64,000 nt of DNA from Terriglobia bacterium (GCA_965198225.1 CBDAOY010000005.1:352001-416000), one strand, 5' to 3'. Positions 19,992 to 30,412 are shown, counted from the first letter of the stretch. The notes: a model not told the origin generated them from the sequence alone. Translations and numbers: made by a program.

Positions 19992-20844
19992 TATCAAGAT
20001 CGGAATCATCGGAGGCAGCGGCCTCTATGAAATGGACGGGCTGACCGATGTCCAGGACATGTCTGTCGAAACGCCATTCGGCTCTCCGTCAGACGCCTAC
20101 CGCGTCGGCACCCTGGAGGACCGCCGGGTCGCCTTTCTCGCCCGGCACGGGCGCGGCCACACGATCATGCCTTCAGAACTGAACTTCAGGGCAAACATCT
20201 ACGGCTTCAAGAAACTCGGTGTGGAGCGAATCCTTTCCGCGAGCGCAGTCGGTTCCCTCAAGGAGGAGCATGCCCCCCTGGACATCCTGCTTCCGGACCA
20301 GTTTTTCGACCGGACCCGGACGAGAGTTTCGACTTTCTTCGGTGACGGGCTGGTCGCACACGTCAGCTTCGGAGATCCGATCTGTCCGGATCTGGCCGAC
20401 GTCATCGAGAGCGCGGCCGCAGACGCCGGTATTTCGATCGAGCGCGGAGGGACCTACATCTGTATGGAAGGCCCGCAATTTTCGACCAAGGCGGAATCGA
20501 ACACATACCGCAGCTGGGGCATGGATGTCATCGGCATGACGAACCTGCAGGAAGCCAAGCTCGCCAGAGAGGCTGAAATCTGCTACACGACGATGGCACT
20601 CGTCACCGACTATGACTGCTGGCACCCGGATCACGATTCGGTGACCGTCAGTGAAATCATCGAGAACCTCCAGAAGAACAGCGCCAGCGCGCAAAAGATC
20701 ATCCGTGCCGCCGTCCCCCGTCTGCCCGAGAGTCGGGACTGCGCCTGCAAGGACGCTCTCAAGTACGCTTTGATCACCGATCCAGCGAGAGTACCGGCAG
20801 AGACGCGGAAACGTCTGGACTTGCTGGTGGGGAAGTATTTGTAG
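19981..20844 (+). CDS. mtnP: S-methyl-5'-thioadenosine phosphorylase
   Basis: [35 protein letters not shown]. Confidence 0.95.
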   Translation: MANDIKIGIIGGSGLYEMDGLTDVQDMSVETPFGSPSDAYRVGTLEDRRVAFLARHGRGHTIMPSELNFRANIYGFKKLGVERILSASAVGSLKEEHAPLDILLPDQFFDRTRTRVSTFFGDGLVAHVSFGDPICPDLADVIESAAADAGISIERGGTYICMEGPQFSTKAESNTYRSWGMDVIGMTNLQEAKLAREAEICYTTMALVTDYDCWHPDHDSVTVSEIIENLQKNSASAQKIIRAAVPRLPESRDCACKDALKYALITDPARVPAETRKRLDLLVGKYL

Positions 20845-20907
20845 GTGCGGTCTATGACCGCACATTCTCCGAACCGAGACAACGTGCGCTCATAGAGCGC
20901 ACCTACA
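20840..20907. repeat. GTAG-type REPIN, copy 2 (supplies the mtnP TAG stop)
   Basis: TGTAGGTGCGGTCTATGACCGCAC...GTGCGCTCATAGAGCGCACCTACA. Confidence 0.92.
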
Positions 20908-20926
20908 CTGGCCGTCAGATTCAGAA

Positions 20927-21877
20927 ATGTCCGTCTTCTTCAACGAATCGAGCGAACTCCGATCCGGCTGGAAGTTTGCAATCTATCTCTTGATCTTCGG
21001 CCTCTTTCTGTTCGCCGCAGGCGCCTTGATCTCGGCCCTACTGGATCCTTCTTTGGCCGAGATCGAGGTCGGCTTGCTGGGTCTCAATGCGCTCGCCCTG
21101 CTGATCCCGGCGGTCGGTGCCCTGCTGTTCATGGTTCGATTTGTCGATCGCATCCCGGTTTCCACCTACGGCGTCGCGATGCACGAGAAGTGGGGGCGGG
21201 ATCTCGTGCTGGGTCTGCTGATTGCCCTGGCAATGTTGATGCTTTTCGACCTCGTTGGCGCCGTCGTCGAAAACCTCGGCGTAGAAACCGCTGCACATGG
21301 CGACGGCTTCTGGTTGAACTTCCTGCTGATCCTCGTGATGCTCGGCGTTTCCGCCGCCAACGAAGAACTCGTCTTCAGGGGTTACCCCTTGCAGGTATTG
21401 ATGGCCGGTATCGGCGCGTGGCCGGCGATGATTCTTCTGTCGGGGCTTTTCGGCTTGCTGCACCACTTGAACCCGGGGGCGACGTGGCTGGGGACGACGA
21501 ACACGTTTCTGGCCGGGATGCTCCTGTCGCTGGCGTACCTGCGAACCCGATCGCTCTGGTTTCCGTTCGGCATTCACATCGGCTGGAACGTCGCGATCGG
21601 ACCCATTTCGGGGTATGCCGTCTCGGGCATCCAGATCAGTTCCATCTGGACGACCGAAATGTCGGGCGCGGACTGGTTTACCGGGGGTGTGTACGGACCG
21701 GAAGGAGGCGCCCTCGGCACCGTGGTCATGACCACCGCAATCGGCGCCGTGCTAATGACCCGGAGGGTCGAAATCAGCCCGACCCTCCGCAAACTTCTAC
21801 TGGATCATTCGACAAAGGTGTACACGAAAGACATCGTGGGTTCGTTGACGGACACTTCCGGACCGTCGCAATCATGA
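20927..21877 (+). CDS. CPBP (CAAX protease-like) intramembrane glutamic protease
   Basis: EELVFRG, FGLLH, HIGWN, GPEG motifs. Confidence 0.9.
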   Translation: MSVFFNESSELRSGWKFAIYLLIFGLFLFAAGALISALLDPSLAEIEVGLLGLNALALLIPAVGALLFMVRFVDRIPVSTYGVAMHEKWGRDLVLGLLIALAMLMLFDLVGAVVENLGVETAAHGDGFWLNFLLILVMLGVSAANEELVFRGYPLQVLMAGIGAWPAMILLSGLFGLLHHLNPGATWLGTTNTFLAGMLLSLAYLRTRSLWFPFGIHIGWNVAIGPISGYAVSGIQISSIWTTEMSGADWFTGGVYGPEGGALGTVVMTTAIGAVLMTRRVEISPTLRKLLLDHSTKVYTKDIVGSLTDTSGPSQS

Positions 21878-21914
21878 TTGGTAGGCTATCTTCTTACACT
21901 TTTCAAGGAGCGCG

Positions 21915-22829
21915 ATGAAATCCACGATACTGGTTGTCGGTTCTGTGGCGCTGGATTCGGTGAAGACGCCTTTCGGCGAAGTCGACGACGCACTGGGCGG
22001 ATCGGCAACCTATTTTTCTGTGGCCGCCAGCTTCTTCTCCCCGGTCCGCGTCGTCGCGGTCGTCGGAGACGACTTCAGCGAGGACCACTCCGCGATCTTC
22101 AAGCGCCATAACATCGACACCGACGGTCTGGTGCGGGCCGACGGGCTAACCTTCCGATGGAAGGGGGAATACAGCTACGATCTCAACGAGGCACGAACAC
22201 TCGACACACAACTCAACGTCTTCGAGGCGTTCAAGCCCGAGATACCAGCATCCTACAGGGCTTCGGAGTACGTGTTTCTGGGCAACATCGACCCCGAACT
22301 CCAGTGCCAGGTTCTGGAACAAATCGAACACCCGAAACTTGTCGCCTGCGACACGATGAATTTCTGGATTGACGGCAAGCTGGACGAACTGAAGCGTACT
22401 CTCGGCAAGGTCAACATCCTTATCATCAATGACGGGGAGGCCCGTATGCTCGCCGGGGAGTCCAATCTCGTCCGGGCGGCGAGCAAGATCAGGGCAATGG
22501 GCCCGCGAATCCTGATCGTGAAACGCGGGGAGTACGGAGTGCTGATGTTCAGCGAAGGCTCGGTATTCGGGGCACCGGCCTTCCCCCTGGAGGAAGTCTA
22601 CGATCCGACCGGGGCGGGAGATTCGTTCGCCGGGGGGTTCGTAGGCTATCTCGCACAGGCCGGAGAAGTGACCGATGAAGTGTTCCGCCGATCGATCATA
22701 TTCGGCTCGGTCATGGCTTCTTTCAACGTGGAACAGTTCAGTCTCGACGGTCTATCCAAGCTCACGCGCACAGACATCGATTTCCGCTTTAGACAGTTTA
22801 AAAAGCTGACACACTTCGAAACACTTTAG
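21915..22829 (+). CDS. PfkB family carbohydrate/nucleoside kinase
   Basis: GGSATY, INDGEA, DPTGAGDSFAGG. Confidence 0.92.
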   Translation: MKSTILVVGSVALDSVKTPFGEVDDALGGSATYFSVAASFFSPVRVVAVVGDDFSEDHSAIFKRHNIDTDGLVRADGLTFRWKGEYSYDLNEARTLDTQLNVFEAFKPEIPASYRASEYVFLGNIDPELQCQVLEQIEHPKLVACDTMNFWIDGKLDELKRTLGKVNILIINDGEARMLAGESNLVRAASKIRAMGPRILIVKRGEYGVLMFSEGSVFGAPAFPLEEVYDPTGAGDSFAGGFVGYLAQAGEVTDEVFRRSIIFGSVMASFNVEQFSLDGLSKLTRTDIDFRFRQFKKLTHFETL

Positions 22830-22831
22830 CC

Positions 22832-23653
22832 ATGATCCCCTTCATAAAGACAAACGCACTGGGAAACGACTTCATCCTGGTCGCGCACAGCGAGTTGAGC
22901 GGCGACGCTTCAAACCTGGCAACACGGATATGCGATCGCCACTTCGGCGTCGGCGCGGACGGCCTGATCGTATGGAAGCCGGGCGACGAAGGCGCTGATA
23001 TTCGGATCTTCAACATGGACGGCAGCGAAGCGGAGTGCTCCGGGAACGGTTTGCGGTGCGCCGCGGTCTACCTGATGGGCCTGGAACAGTTCGACGACGC
23101 GCAGATCGAGCTCAGGACGGTTTCAGGCAGCTACCCGATTCGACGGGTCGGCACCGCGTTCGAAACGGCCATGGGCGAACCCGGGCTGAAACCGGAGGAG
23201 ATACCGTTCACGGACGCAGATGGGCTCGAACGCATCGTCGACTACGCACTGGACGTCGACGGAAGCCCGGTTCGCATCACCGCGTGCTCGACAGGCAATC
23301 CACACTGTTCCCTGTTTGTCGACTCGATCGAACCCGGCATGATCGAGAGCCTGGGGCCGAAGCTGGAGAATCATCCGGCCTTCCCGAACCGGACGAACGT
23401 GGAGTTCGTGCACCTGAGAAACCGGCATGAAATCGAAGTCGCGTTCTGGGAACGAGGGGTCGGCCTGACGTTCGCATCGGGAACAGGATCTTGCGGTGCG
23501 ACAGTGGCTTCGATCTTGAACGGCAGGACCGAACGGCAGGTCCGGGTTCACACCCGAGCTGGACAGCTCGACGTAGAGTGGGCCAAAGACGGCAAACTGA
23601 AGCTGACGTCGACGGCGGAAGTCGTCGCCGAAGGCCGGTACATGAATTCCTGA
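22832..23653 (+). CDS. dapF: Diaminopimelate epimerase
   Basis: GNDF, GVGADG, NMDGSEAECSGNG, GNPH, ERGVG...SGTG. Confidence 0.9.
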   Translation: MIPFIKTNALGNDFILVAHSELSGDASNLATRICDRHFGVGADGLIVWKPGDEGADIRIFNMDGSEAECSGNGLRCAAVYLMGLEQFDDAQIELRTVSGSYPIRRVGTAFETAMGEPGLKPEEIPFTDADGLERIVDYALDVDGSPVRITACSTGNPHCSLFVDSIEPGMIESLGPKLENHPAFPNRTNVEFVHLRNRHEIEVAFWERGVGLTFASGTGSCGATVASILNGRTERQVRVHTRAGQLDVEWAKDGKLKLTSTAEVVAEGRYMNS

Positions 23654-23664
23654 ACGAACTCGCC

Positions 23665-24627
23665 ATGAACAAGGTACTTGACGCAATCATCATCGGCGCC
23701 GGCCCGACCGGCCTGGCCGCGGGGATCGAGGCAAAGAGATACGGCCTCGATTACCTGATCATCGAAAAAGGCTGTGTCACAAATTCGATTTTTCACTTCC
23801 CGACGCAGATGGTGTTCTTCACGACGCCGGAACTGCTCGAGATCGGGAACATGCCCCTGGTGTGCGAACGCGAGAAGCCGAACCGGAACGAGGCACTCAA
23901 GTACTACCGGAAGGTGGTCGGAGCCACCGATCTCCTGGTTCACCAATACGAGGAGGTGCGAAGCGTAGGGCGTGACGAGGAGACATTTGCCGTTGAAACT
24001 TCGGCCGCGAACTACCAAGCCCGGACGCTCGTCCTCGCGACCGGATACTACGACAACCCGAACCCGCTGGAGATTCCCGGGGAGGACCTCCCTCATGTGT
24101 CGCACTACTACACCGAGGCCCATCCTTTCTTCGATCGGGACGTCGTCGTCATCGGCGGGAAGAACTCGGCAGCCGAGGCCGCACTCGAGCTCTTTCGCAC
24201 CGGTGCCAGAGTCACGCTGATTCACCGGGGAAGCGAATTGGGGGCGTCGATCAAGTATTGGGTCCGGCCGGACATGCAGAATCGGATCGACCGCAAGCAG
24301 ATTCAAGCCTATTTCGACACGACGGTGGAGCAGATCCTGCCGGACCGGGTTCTCGTCCGGAGGAATTCACACACGTTCGAGATCGAAGCGCAGCAGGTCT
24401 TCGCGCTGACCGGCTACCGTCCCTCCACGGAGTTCTTCAAACAACTGGGGGTCCGATTCGACACCGAGATCCTGGAACCCGAGTACGATCCCGACACCTA
24501 CGAAACGAACGTGCCCGGTGTCTTTCTGGCGGGGTCGATAGTGGCGGGAACGAAGAACCGCGAGATATTCATCGAGAACGGGCGCGTCGTCATGAAGACG
24601 ATAGCGGAACGCCTCGGCAAGACATAG
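23665..24627 (+). CDS. ypdA: YpdA family putative bacillithiol disulfide reductase
   Basis: IIGAGPTG, FFTTPELLEIG, ATGYYD, HYYTEAHP, KYWVRPD, IFIENGR. Confidence 0.88.
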   Translation: MNKVLDAIIIGAGPTGLAAGIEAKRYGLDYLIIEKGCVTNSIFHFPTQMVFFTTPELLEIGNMPLVCEREKPNRNEALKYYRKVVGATDLLVHQYEEVRSVGRDEETFAVETSAANYQARTLVLATGYYDNPNPLEIPGEDLPHVSHYYTEAHPFFDRDVVVIGGKNSAAEAALELFRTGARVTLIHRGSELGASIKYWVRPDMQNRIDRKQIQAYFDTTVEQILPDRVLVRRNSHTFEIEAQQVFALTGYRPSTEFFKQLGVRFDTEILEPEYDPDTYETNVPGVFLAGSIVAGTKNREIFIENGRVVMKTIAERLGKT

Positions 24628-24732
24628 CTAGCCTGACGAAGCTGTTCGGGCTTACGAAGAACGTCTGAAGACGATTCACAAGAACTGACGAAGCTTTCTT
24701 GTCTTTCGAACTTTTCTGCTCAGCAACCACCC

Positions 24733-24756
24733 GGGGACAGGGCTAGCCCTGTCCCC
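24733..24756. repeat. Perfect 24-bp palindrome GGGGACAGGGCTAGCCCTGTCCCC
   Basis: Self-complementary, centred on CTAG. Confidence 0.8.
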
Positions 24757-24828
24757 CTCACATTCGCTCTCTCACGGAACACCTGGCGGGCCATACAAAA
24801 CTCCGCGTCGGGCCGTCGTTTACAAACC

Positions 24829-24854
24829 AAAAGGCGGCCGGTTGGCCGCCTTTT
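24829..24854. terminator. Bidirectional intrinsic terminator
   Basis: AAAAGGCGGCC-GGTT-GGCCGCCTTTT between convergent ypdA and ferredoxin. Confidence 0.8.
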
Positions 24855-24881
24855 CTTCCCGTGCTGGGGTTTCGAGTCAGG

Positions 24882-25274
24882 CTAGTCGCCCGCGACTCCT
24901 TCGTAGGCCTCGACGGCTTCGTCGTACTTATCGTGGAGCTGGATGCCGAAGTATTCTTCGACTTGGGACGTCGGATACATGGCGATAGCATCCCAAGCCA
25001 TTCGCTCGCACACGTTCACACATATCTTGCATCCGATGCACTCGTCGAAGCGGACCTGCACGGGCTCGATGATGACACGCACGTTATCGGAGACGTCGCG
25101 CGGAACATGCTCGATGCAGTCCACCGGGCAGAACGGGATACAGGCTTCACAGCCGGTGCAGTTGTCGGGGTTGACCACTGCAAGGATCTTGGGCTTCTTT
25201 TTCTTCCGGGTGATCTTCCCCGGAGCTTCCGGGATGATTGCAGTCGGATTCGCTTTCTTCTTATTGACGGCCAT
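24882..25274 (-). CDS. 2x[4Fe-4S] ferredoxin
   Basis: CTGCEACIPFCP and CIGCKICVNVC. Confidence 0.9.
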   Translation of the reverse strand: MAVNKKKANPTAIIPEAPGKITRKKKKPKILAVVNPDNCTGCEACIPFCPVDCIEHVPRDVSDNVRVIIEPVQVRFDECIGCKICVNVCERMAWDAIAMYPTSQVEEYFGIQLHDKYDEAVEAYEGVAGD

Positions 25275-26472
25275 CTATCAAGTCCTTCAATCGATTAAGC
25301 CCCATTGTATCTCGAAAACCGACGATGCGCTCGACCGCTTCCCCGATTTGACTATTCGGTGTGGACGCCCCTGACGTCAACCCGATCGTCTGAGGTCCAT
25401 CGGCAAGCCAGTGGCGAGTCGTTGTCTCCTCCATCCGCCCCGTCACCTTGTGCTGAATCTCCTCGACGTCGAGTATCGACCGGGCGTCCTCGATGTGGAA
25501 GACCCGCGTAAACTCCGATGCGATCCGAGCCAGATTGTTGGTGTTTGAACTGTTGTAGCCGCCGATGACGATCATCAGGTCGATCGGTTCTCTGCGGAGC
25601 GCCTTCATCGCGTCCTGCCGATCCTGAGTCGCGCTACAGATCGTGTCGAAGGAAACGTAACGCTGATCCAGCCCCTCCTTCCCATGTTTACGGATCAGCG
25701 CAAGGCGCAACATCTCTGCGATCTCGAGCGATTCGGAACTCAGCATAGTCGTCTGATTGGCCAACCCGACACGCTTCAGGTGATGGTCCGGATCGAACCC
25801 GTCGGATGCAGCCTTCCGAAACTTGTCAAGGAATGCCTTCCGACTGCCGCCTCGCTCGATGTAGTCGCAAACGTCGGCGGCCTCGTCCTTGTTTCGCACG
25901 ATCAGGTAATGGGCACCGGGATGCAGGGAGGTCCTGGAAAACGTCGCACGCGTCTCTTCGTGCTCGAACTTCCCATGGATGATCGACGTGATCCCGTCGG
26001 CCGCGTAACGCTCGACGTTCTTCCAGACGTTGAGAACTGAACCGCAGGTGGTGTCGACGACGACACAGCCCTTTTCGGCCAGCACATCCAACTCGCTGCC
26101 GGGGACTCCGAAGGCGGGCACGATGACGACGTCTTCCGCAGTTACAGGACTGTACTTGTCCGGATCAGTCAGGAACTCGATTCCGGACTCTTTCAGTTCG
26201 TTGTTTACGAAAGGATTGTGGATGATCTCGCCGGTCAGAAAGATGCGGCGGTTGGGAAACTTGGCAACCGTCTCGTAGGCGTATTCGACGGCCCGCTCGA
26301 CGCCGTAACAGAACCCGAATTCGTTCGCCAGCCGGAACGTGAGGTCACCGACCTCGAGCCGGAAACCCTGCGCTCTCATCAGGTCGACGATCTGGCTGCG
26401 GTAGTTTTCCTGGAGTTGAGGACGGACCTGAGAACGTAGTCCAAACCCCTTTTGGAAGTACGTCTGGCCCAT
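25261..26472 (-). CDS. ispH: 4-hydroxy-3-methylbut-2-enyl diphosphate reductase
   Basis: FGFCYGVERA, IIHN, DTTC, QTT, DTICSATQDRQ, SSN, SGASTP. Confidence 0.95.
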   Translation of the reverse strand: MGQTYFQKGFGLRSQVRPQLQENYRSQIVDLMRAQGFRLEVGDLTFRLANEFGFCYGVERAVEYAYETVAKFPNRRIFLTGEIIHNPFVNNELKESGIEFLTDPDKYSPVTAEDVVIVPAFGVPGSELDVLAEKGCVVVDTTCGSVLNVWKNVERYAADGITSIIHGKFEHEETRATFSRTSLHPGAHYLIVRNKDEAADVCDYIERGGSRKAFLDKFRKAASDGFDPDHHLKRVGLANQTTMLSSESLEIAEMLRLALIRKHGKEGLDQRYVSFDTICSATQDRQDAMKALRREPIDLMIVIGGYNSSNTNNLARIASEFTRVFHIEDARSILDVEEIQHKVTGRMEETTTRHWLADGPQTIGLTSGASTPNSQIGEAVERIVGFRDTMGLNRLKDLIDGRQ

Positions 26473-26565
26473 AAGTCAACGATTGTAACACACCACTGAT
26501 TGTGCTAATTTCGGGCTTCTCCTGCCTTTGAGGAGCCCCGTTTTTAAGGTTCGAGGGACCCCAGT

Positions 26566-27558
26566 TTGGCGAAGAAACACGCTGCGATCACATCCGTCTC
26601 ACACTTTCTGCCCGAAGGCCGACTCACCAATCAGGACCTGGAAAAGATGGTCGACACGACCGACCAGTGGATCCTGGATCGGACCGGTATCAGCGAACGA
26701 CGAATCGTCGCAAAAGGACAGGCAACCAGCGACCTGGCCGCGGGAGCCGCTCGCCAGATTCTCATGGACCGGGGGATTGGGCCCGAAGAAATCGATCTGA
26801 TCATCGTGGCGACTGTGACGCCGGACATGTTCTTTCCGTCTACAGCCTGCGTCATGCAGGAAAAGATCGGCGCCACAAACGCCTGGGGTTTCGATCTGCT
26901 CGGGGCTTGTTCCGGGTTTCTCTATGCGCTGACCACCGGCGCGCAGTTCATCGCGAACGGAAGCCACGAGAAGGTGCTGATCGTGGGCGCCGACGTCATG
27001 AGTTCGATCATCGACTTCGAGGACCGGGCAACCTGTGTGCTCTTCGGCGACGGGGCGGGTGCGGTACTGCTGGAACCGTCCGATAGCCCCAACGGCGTGC
27101 TCGACTGGATTCTCCGCAGCGACGGCGGCGGCGGACAGTTTCTCTACATGCCCGGCGGGGGGAGCCTGAATCCGTCGACCACCGAAACGGTCGGTAAGAA
27201 AATGCACTATGTCCACCAGAACGGCCGTAACGTGTTCAAGTATGCGGTAAAGGGCATGGTCGAAGTCTCACAGGCAATCCTCGAACGGAACAACCTGAAG
27301 ATGGAAGACCTGAAGCTGTATGTCCCGCACCAGGCCAACCTCCGAATCATCAAGGCCGCCGCGGACAAACTTCAACTGGACGAATCGCAGGTGGCGATCA
27401 ACATCGACCGCTATGCGAACACGACGGCCGGAACCATACCGATCTGTCTGTCCGAAGCCGTTGACGACGGCCTGGTCCTGGACGGCGACATACTCTTGCT
27501 GGCGAGCTTCGGCGCAGGATTTACCTGGGGCAGTTTGCTCCTCCGCTGGGGGGCTTGA
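26566..27558 (+). CDS. fabH: 3-oxoacyl-ACP synthase III
   Basis: [48 protein letters not shown]. Confidence 0.96.
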   Translation: MAKKHAAITSVSHFLPEGRLTNQDLEKMVDTTDQWILDRTGISERRIVAKGQATSDLAAGAARQILMDRGIGPEEIDLIIVATVTPDMFFPSTACVMQEKIGATNAWGFDLLGACSGFLYALTTGAQFIANGSHEKVLIVGADVMSSIIDFEDRATCVLFGDGAGAVLLEPSDSPNGVLDWILRSDGGGGQFLYMPGGGSLNPSTTETVGKKMHYVHQNGRNVFKYAVKGMVEVSQAILERNNLKMEDLKLYVPHQANLRIIKAAADKLQLDESQVAINIDRYANTTAGTIPICLSEAVDDGLVLDGDILLLASFGAGFTWGSLLLRWGA

Positions 27559-27749
27559 TAGGCGATCAGCCGTCGGCGATCAGCTGTCAGCTCAATACGA
27601 TGGAACTATCGTTCGTTTCCGAAGGAGCTGACGGTGAGCGCCGAGGGCGCGCCTGATCCCCTCCTTCAGAGAGCACGATCCTCAAGCATGAGGATCAAGC
27701 GCCTAAAGTTATTTCAAAGAAAAACCGAAATAATACTGAATGACGTATT

Positions 27750-27781
27750 TTTGACAGCCCTGTCAAATCTATTGTTATGTA
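27750..27781 (+). promoter_or_regulatory. Promoter with operator palindrome overlapping the -35
   Basis: TTTGACAG-CC-CTGTCAAA contains TTGACA; AT-rich UP-like tract upstream; -10 only approximate (TTATGT). Confidence 0.55.
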
Positions 27782-27784
27782 AGG

Positions 27785-27916
27785 CGGCATTAGAAAACGC
27801 AGCCGAGCTTTGATCTAAAAAGAGATACTTTTCCGATACCGTCCCTGGCTGAGAAAAGCAATCATAGATCGCAAAGCTTGGCACCAAAGCCCTCGCACAG
27901 CGAGGGCTTTTTATTT
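27785..27916 (+). ncRNA. Candidate structured sRNA with intrinsic terminator
   Basis: Rod hairpin GCCGAGCTTTG-ATCTA...TAGAT-CG-CAAAGCTTGGC, then AAAGCCCTCGC-ACA-GCGAGGGCTTT-TTATTT; no credible ORF. Confidence 0.5.
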
Positions 27917-28076
27917 GTCCGAGTATCGAACTCCAGGACAAGATACCCGCTCTTTCCCTTCAACTCCGTCAACTCACGGCCTGCTGCTACCGCTATACAG
28001 CCAATTCCTCTGTCAACATATTGTCACTCGGGAGGCACGCGACGGGTGCGGATGAAACCTGCAAATCGAATGGAAT

Positions 28077-28301
28077 CTATACCTTGGACTCTGACAGCCA
28101 GGATCCGAACTGCCAGACATCCTTCAACACCGCCGACAATGGAGGTCGATGGTGGCCATAGGCAGTCTGGAAACGCCATGCCAGGTACTTTCGCGTTGGA
28201 ACGGGCAGGAACGGGAAACGTCGGTACCAATCGCCAGGTACGATCCGGAAGTAGAAGCCAACGAGCGCTCGGGCGATCGTCAAATGCCGCACAAGGCGCA
28301 T
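28077..28301 (-). CDS. Small hypothetical protein (74 aa)
   Basis: WYRRFPFLPVP...YLAWRFQTAYG pattern resembles a small conserved protein family (from recall, unverified). Confidence 0.6.
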   Translation of the reverse strand: MRLVRHLTIARALVGFYFRIVPGDWYRRFPFLPVPTRKYLAWRFQTAYGHHRPPLSAVLKDVWQFGSWLSESKV

Positions 28302-28315
28302 GCTATCATAAACTC

Positions 28316-28711
28316 ATGAAAATATTCGGCATCCTGCTGTCGATGTTCATCGTGATCCCGCTGGTGGAGTTCGCACTTCTAATCGAAATCGGATCTCGTT
28401 TGGGGACCGTGCGGACGCTGATGCTCATCTTCGGGACCGGCGTCGTGGGCGCTTACCTCGCTCGACTCGAGGGACTGCGGATTCTTTACCGCATCCAACG
28501 GGAATTCCAACGGGGATCAATGCCGAGCGAGCAGCTTTTTGACGGTATTCTCGTCCTGCTCGCCGGAGTCGTTCTGATCACTCCCGGACTGCTGACCGAC
28601 ATCGGCGGCTTGATCCTGCTGATTCCCGTGACCCGATACCCGATCAAGGCCTTCATCAAGCGTCGCGCGCAGTCCTGGCTCTCCGGCAGCCACGTTCGTA
28701 TCTCCATGTAG
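28316..28711 (+). CDS. fxsA: FxsA family membrane protein
   Basis: IPLVEFALLIEIG, EGL, LLAGVVLITPGLLTDIGG. Confidence 0.9.
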   Translation: MKIFGILLSMFIVIPLVEFALLIEIGSRLGTVRTLMLIFGTGVVGAYLARLEGLRILYRIQREFQRGSMPSEQLFDGILVLLAGVVLITPGLLTDIGGLILLIPVTRYPIKAFIKRRAQSWLSGSHVRISM

Positions 28712-28810
28712 TTGAGCCACTCGCCGGCGCCAGTTTGACGATTCCCACCCGGTTCCTATAACATCCAGCCGTTTCGTCCCCACTTCAATAACACAGATGA
28801 GGAGCAACCC

Positions 28811-30412
28811 ATGGCTTCCAAACGACCGTTTCTCCTGACCGAGCTCGGCGCCGCATTTGCGGTCCTCTCGCTGGTAGCTCTCTGTTTGCCGCTGCTGGGG
28901 CAGACATCTCCGTTCACGGTCTCTCACGTCAAGGAAGCATCGATCGCCGATGTCCACGCCGCAATGACCGCGGGTGAACTGACGGCCCAGGATCTGGTGC
29001 AGATGTACCTGGATCGAATCGAGGCGTACGACAAGCAGGGGCCGGCCATCAACGCGATCATCATGATCAACCCGAGGGCCATGGACCGCGCCGCAGAATT
29101 GGACGCGAAGTTCGCCGAGTCAGGCTTCGTGGGTCCGTTGCACGGGATTCCCGTCATCATCAAGGACAACTACGACACCCACGACATGCCCACGACGAAC
29201 GGAACGCTCGCACTCAAGGATTCCATACCTCCCGATGACGCCTACCAGGTCCGAAAACTGCGAGAGGCCGGAGCGATCATCCTGGCCAAATCCAACATGG
29301 CGGAGTTCGCGATGAGCGGTGGTTTCTCGGTCAGCTCCATCCTGGCCGGGTACACGCGGAACCCCTACGACACGAGTCGGGCGACGGCCGGCTCCAGTGG
29401 CGGCACTGCCGCAGCGATTGCTGCGAATTTCGCGACCGTCGGCCTGGGCACCGACACCGGTAGTTCGATCCGAGGTCCCGCCTCGCATCAGAGTCTGGTC
29501 GGGTTCCGATCGACGGTAGGGCTCACGAGCCGCGACGGCATCATCCCACTCAATGCCGCACGCGATGTGGGAGGGCCGATCGCTCGCAGCGTTACCGACG
29601 CGGTGGTCGTTTTCGAACTGATCGCGGGGCACGATCCGGCGGATCCGATAACGGCCGCAAGCGAGGGAAAGGTGCCCGACAACTACAGCCAGTTTCTCGT
29701 CGAGGACGGTCTGAAGGGAGCTCGCCTCGGGGCTTTCCGGCAGCTATTCCCGGAAGACGACACGGACCCCGAGGTCTTGCGGCTCATGGACCAGGCCCTG
29801 GAAGACATGAAAGCCGCGGGCGCCATCATCATCGACCCGGTCCGGATACCGGACCTCGAAGAGATGCGAGAGTCGTTCAAGGAGGGAACCAGCCGAATGA
29901 AGTACGACTTCGAACGGTATCTCGCCACGCTGGGACCCGACGCGCCCTTCAAGACCCTGGACGAGATCGTCGAAACGGGCGACTTCCACCCCTTCTTGAG
30001 AAGGAATCTGAACCGCGCCCTGGAACGGGCCAAGGAGAATCCCGGTCCCCCCGAAGAGAATCCGGACTACCAGCACAACATGGAGGTCGAAAAGCAGCTT
30101 CGGGAAGCCGTTCTCAAAGCGATGGAGGACAACTCGGTCGAAGCGCTGATCTACCCGACGTTCCGGTATCCCCCGCGACTCATCGGTGACGAAAACACGA
30201 CGCCGCTGGGCGCGAACAGCAATCCACTCTCGCCTCCGACGGGCTTCCCCGCCTTCTCCGTCCCGATGGGCTTCACCGTCAACGGCCTGCCGGTGGGCTT
30301 GCAGTTGCTGGGGCGCGCCTTCGACGAAGGGACCCTGATTCGGCTGTCCTACGCCTACGAACAGGCCACGAAACATCGCCGCGCTCCCCGGAGCACGCCG
30401 CCTCTCTGGTAG
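28811..30412 (+). CDS. Secreted amidase-signature family amidase
   Basis: GPLHGIPVIIKDN, GSSGG, GTDTGSSIRGPA; N-terminal signal peptide. Confidence 0.93.
   Translation: MASKRPFLLTELGAAFAVLSLVALCLPLLGQTSPFTVSHVKEASIADVHAAMTAGELTAQDLVQMYLDRIEAYDKQGPAINAIIMINPRAMDRAAELDAKFAESGFVGPLHGIPVIIKDNYDTHDMPTTNGTLALKDSIPPDDAYQVRKLREAGAIILAKSNMAEFAMSGGFSVSSILAGYTRNPYDTSRATAGSSGGTAAAIAANFATVGLGTDTGSSIRGPASHQSLVGFRSTVGLTSRDGIIPLNAARDVGGPIARSVTDAVVVFELIAGHDPADPITAASEGKVPDNYSQFLVEDGLKGARLGAFRQLFPEDDTDPEVLRLMDQALEDMKAAGAIIIDPVRIPDLEEMRESFKEGTSRMKYDFERYLATLGPDAPFKTLDEIVETGDFHPFLRRNLNRALERAKENPGPPEENPDYQHNMEVEKQLREAVLKAMEDNSVEALIYPTFRYPPRLIGDENTTPLGANSNPLSPPTGFPAFSVPMGFTVNGLPVGLQLLGRAFDEGTLIRLSYAYEQATKHRRAPRSTPPLW

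Noticed and set aside
26566-27558. FabH as BioZ for the biotin operon
   Set aside because: Canonical FabH motifs and 29 kb from the bio genes; no evidence for a pimelate role.
27785-27916. 6S RNA, SRP RNA or tRNA identity for the hairpin
   Set aside because: Too short for 6S, no SRP GGAA loop motif, no cloverleaf.
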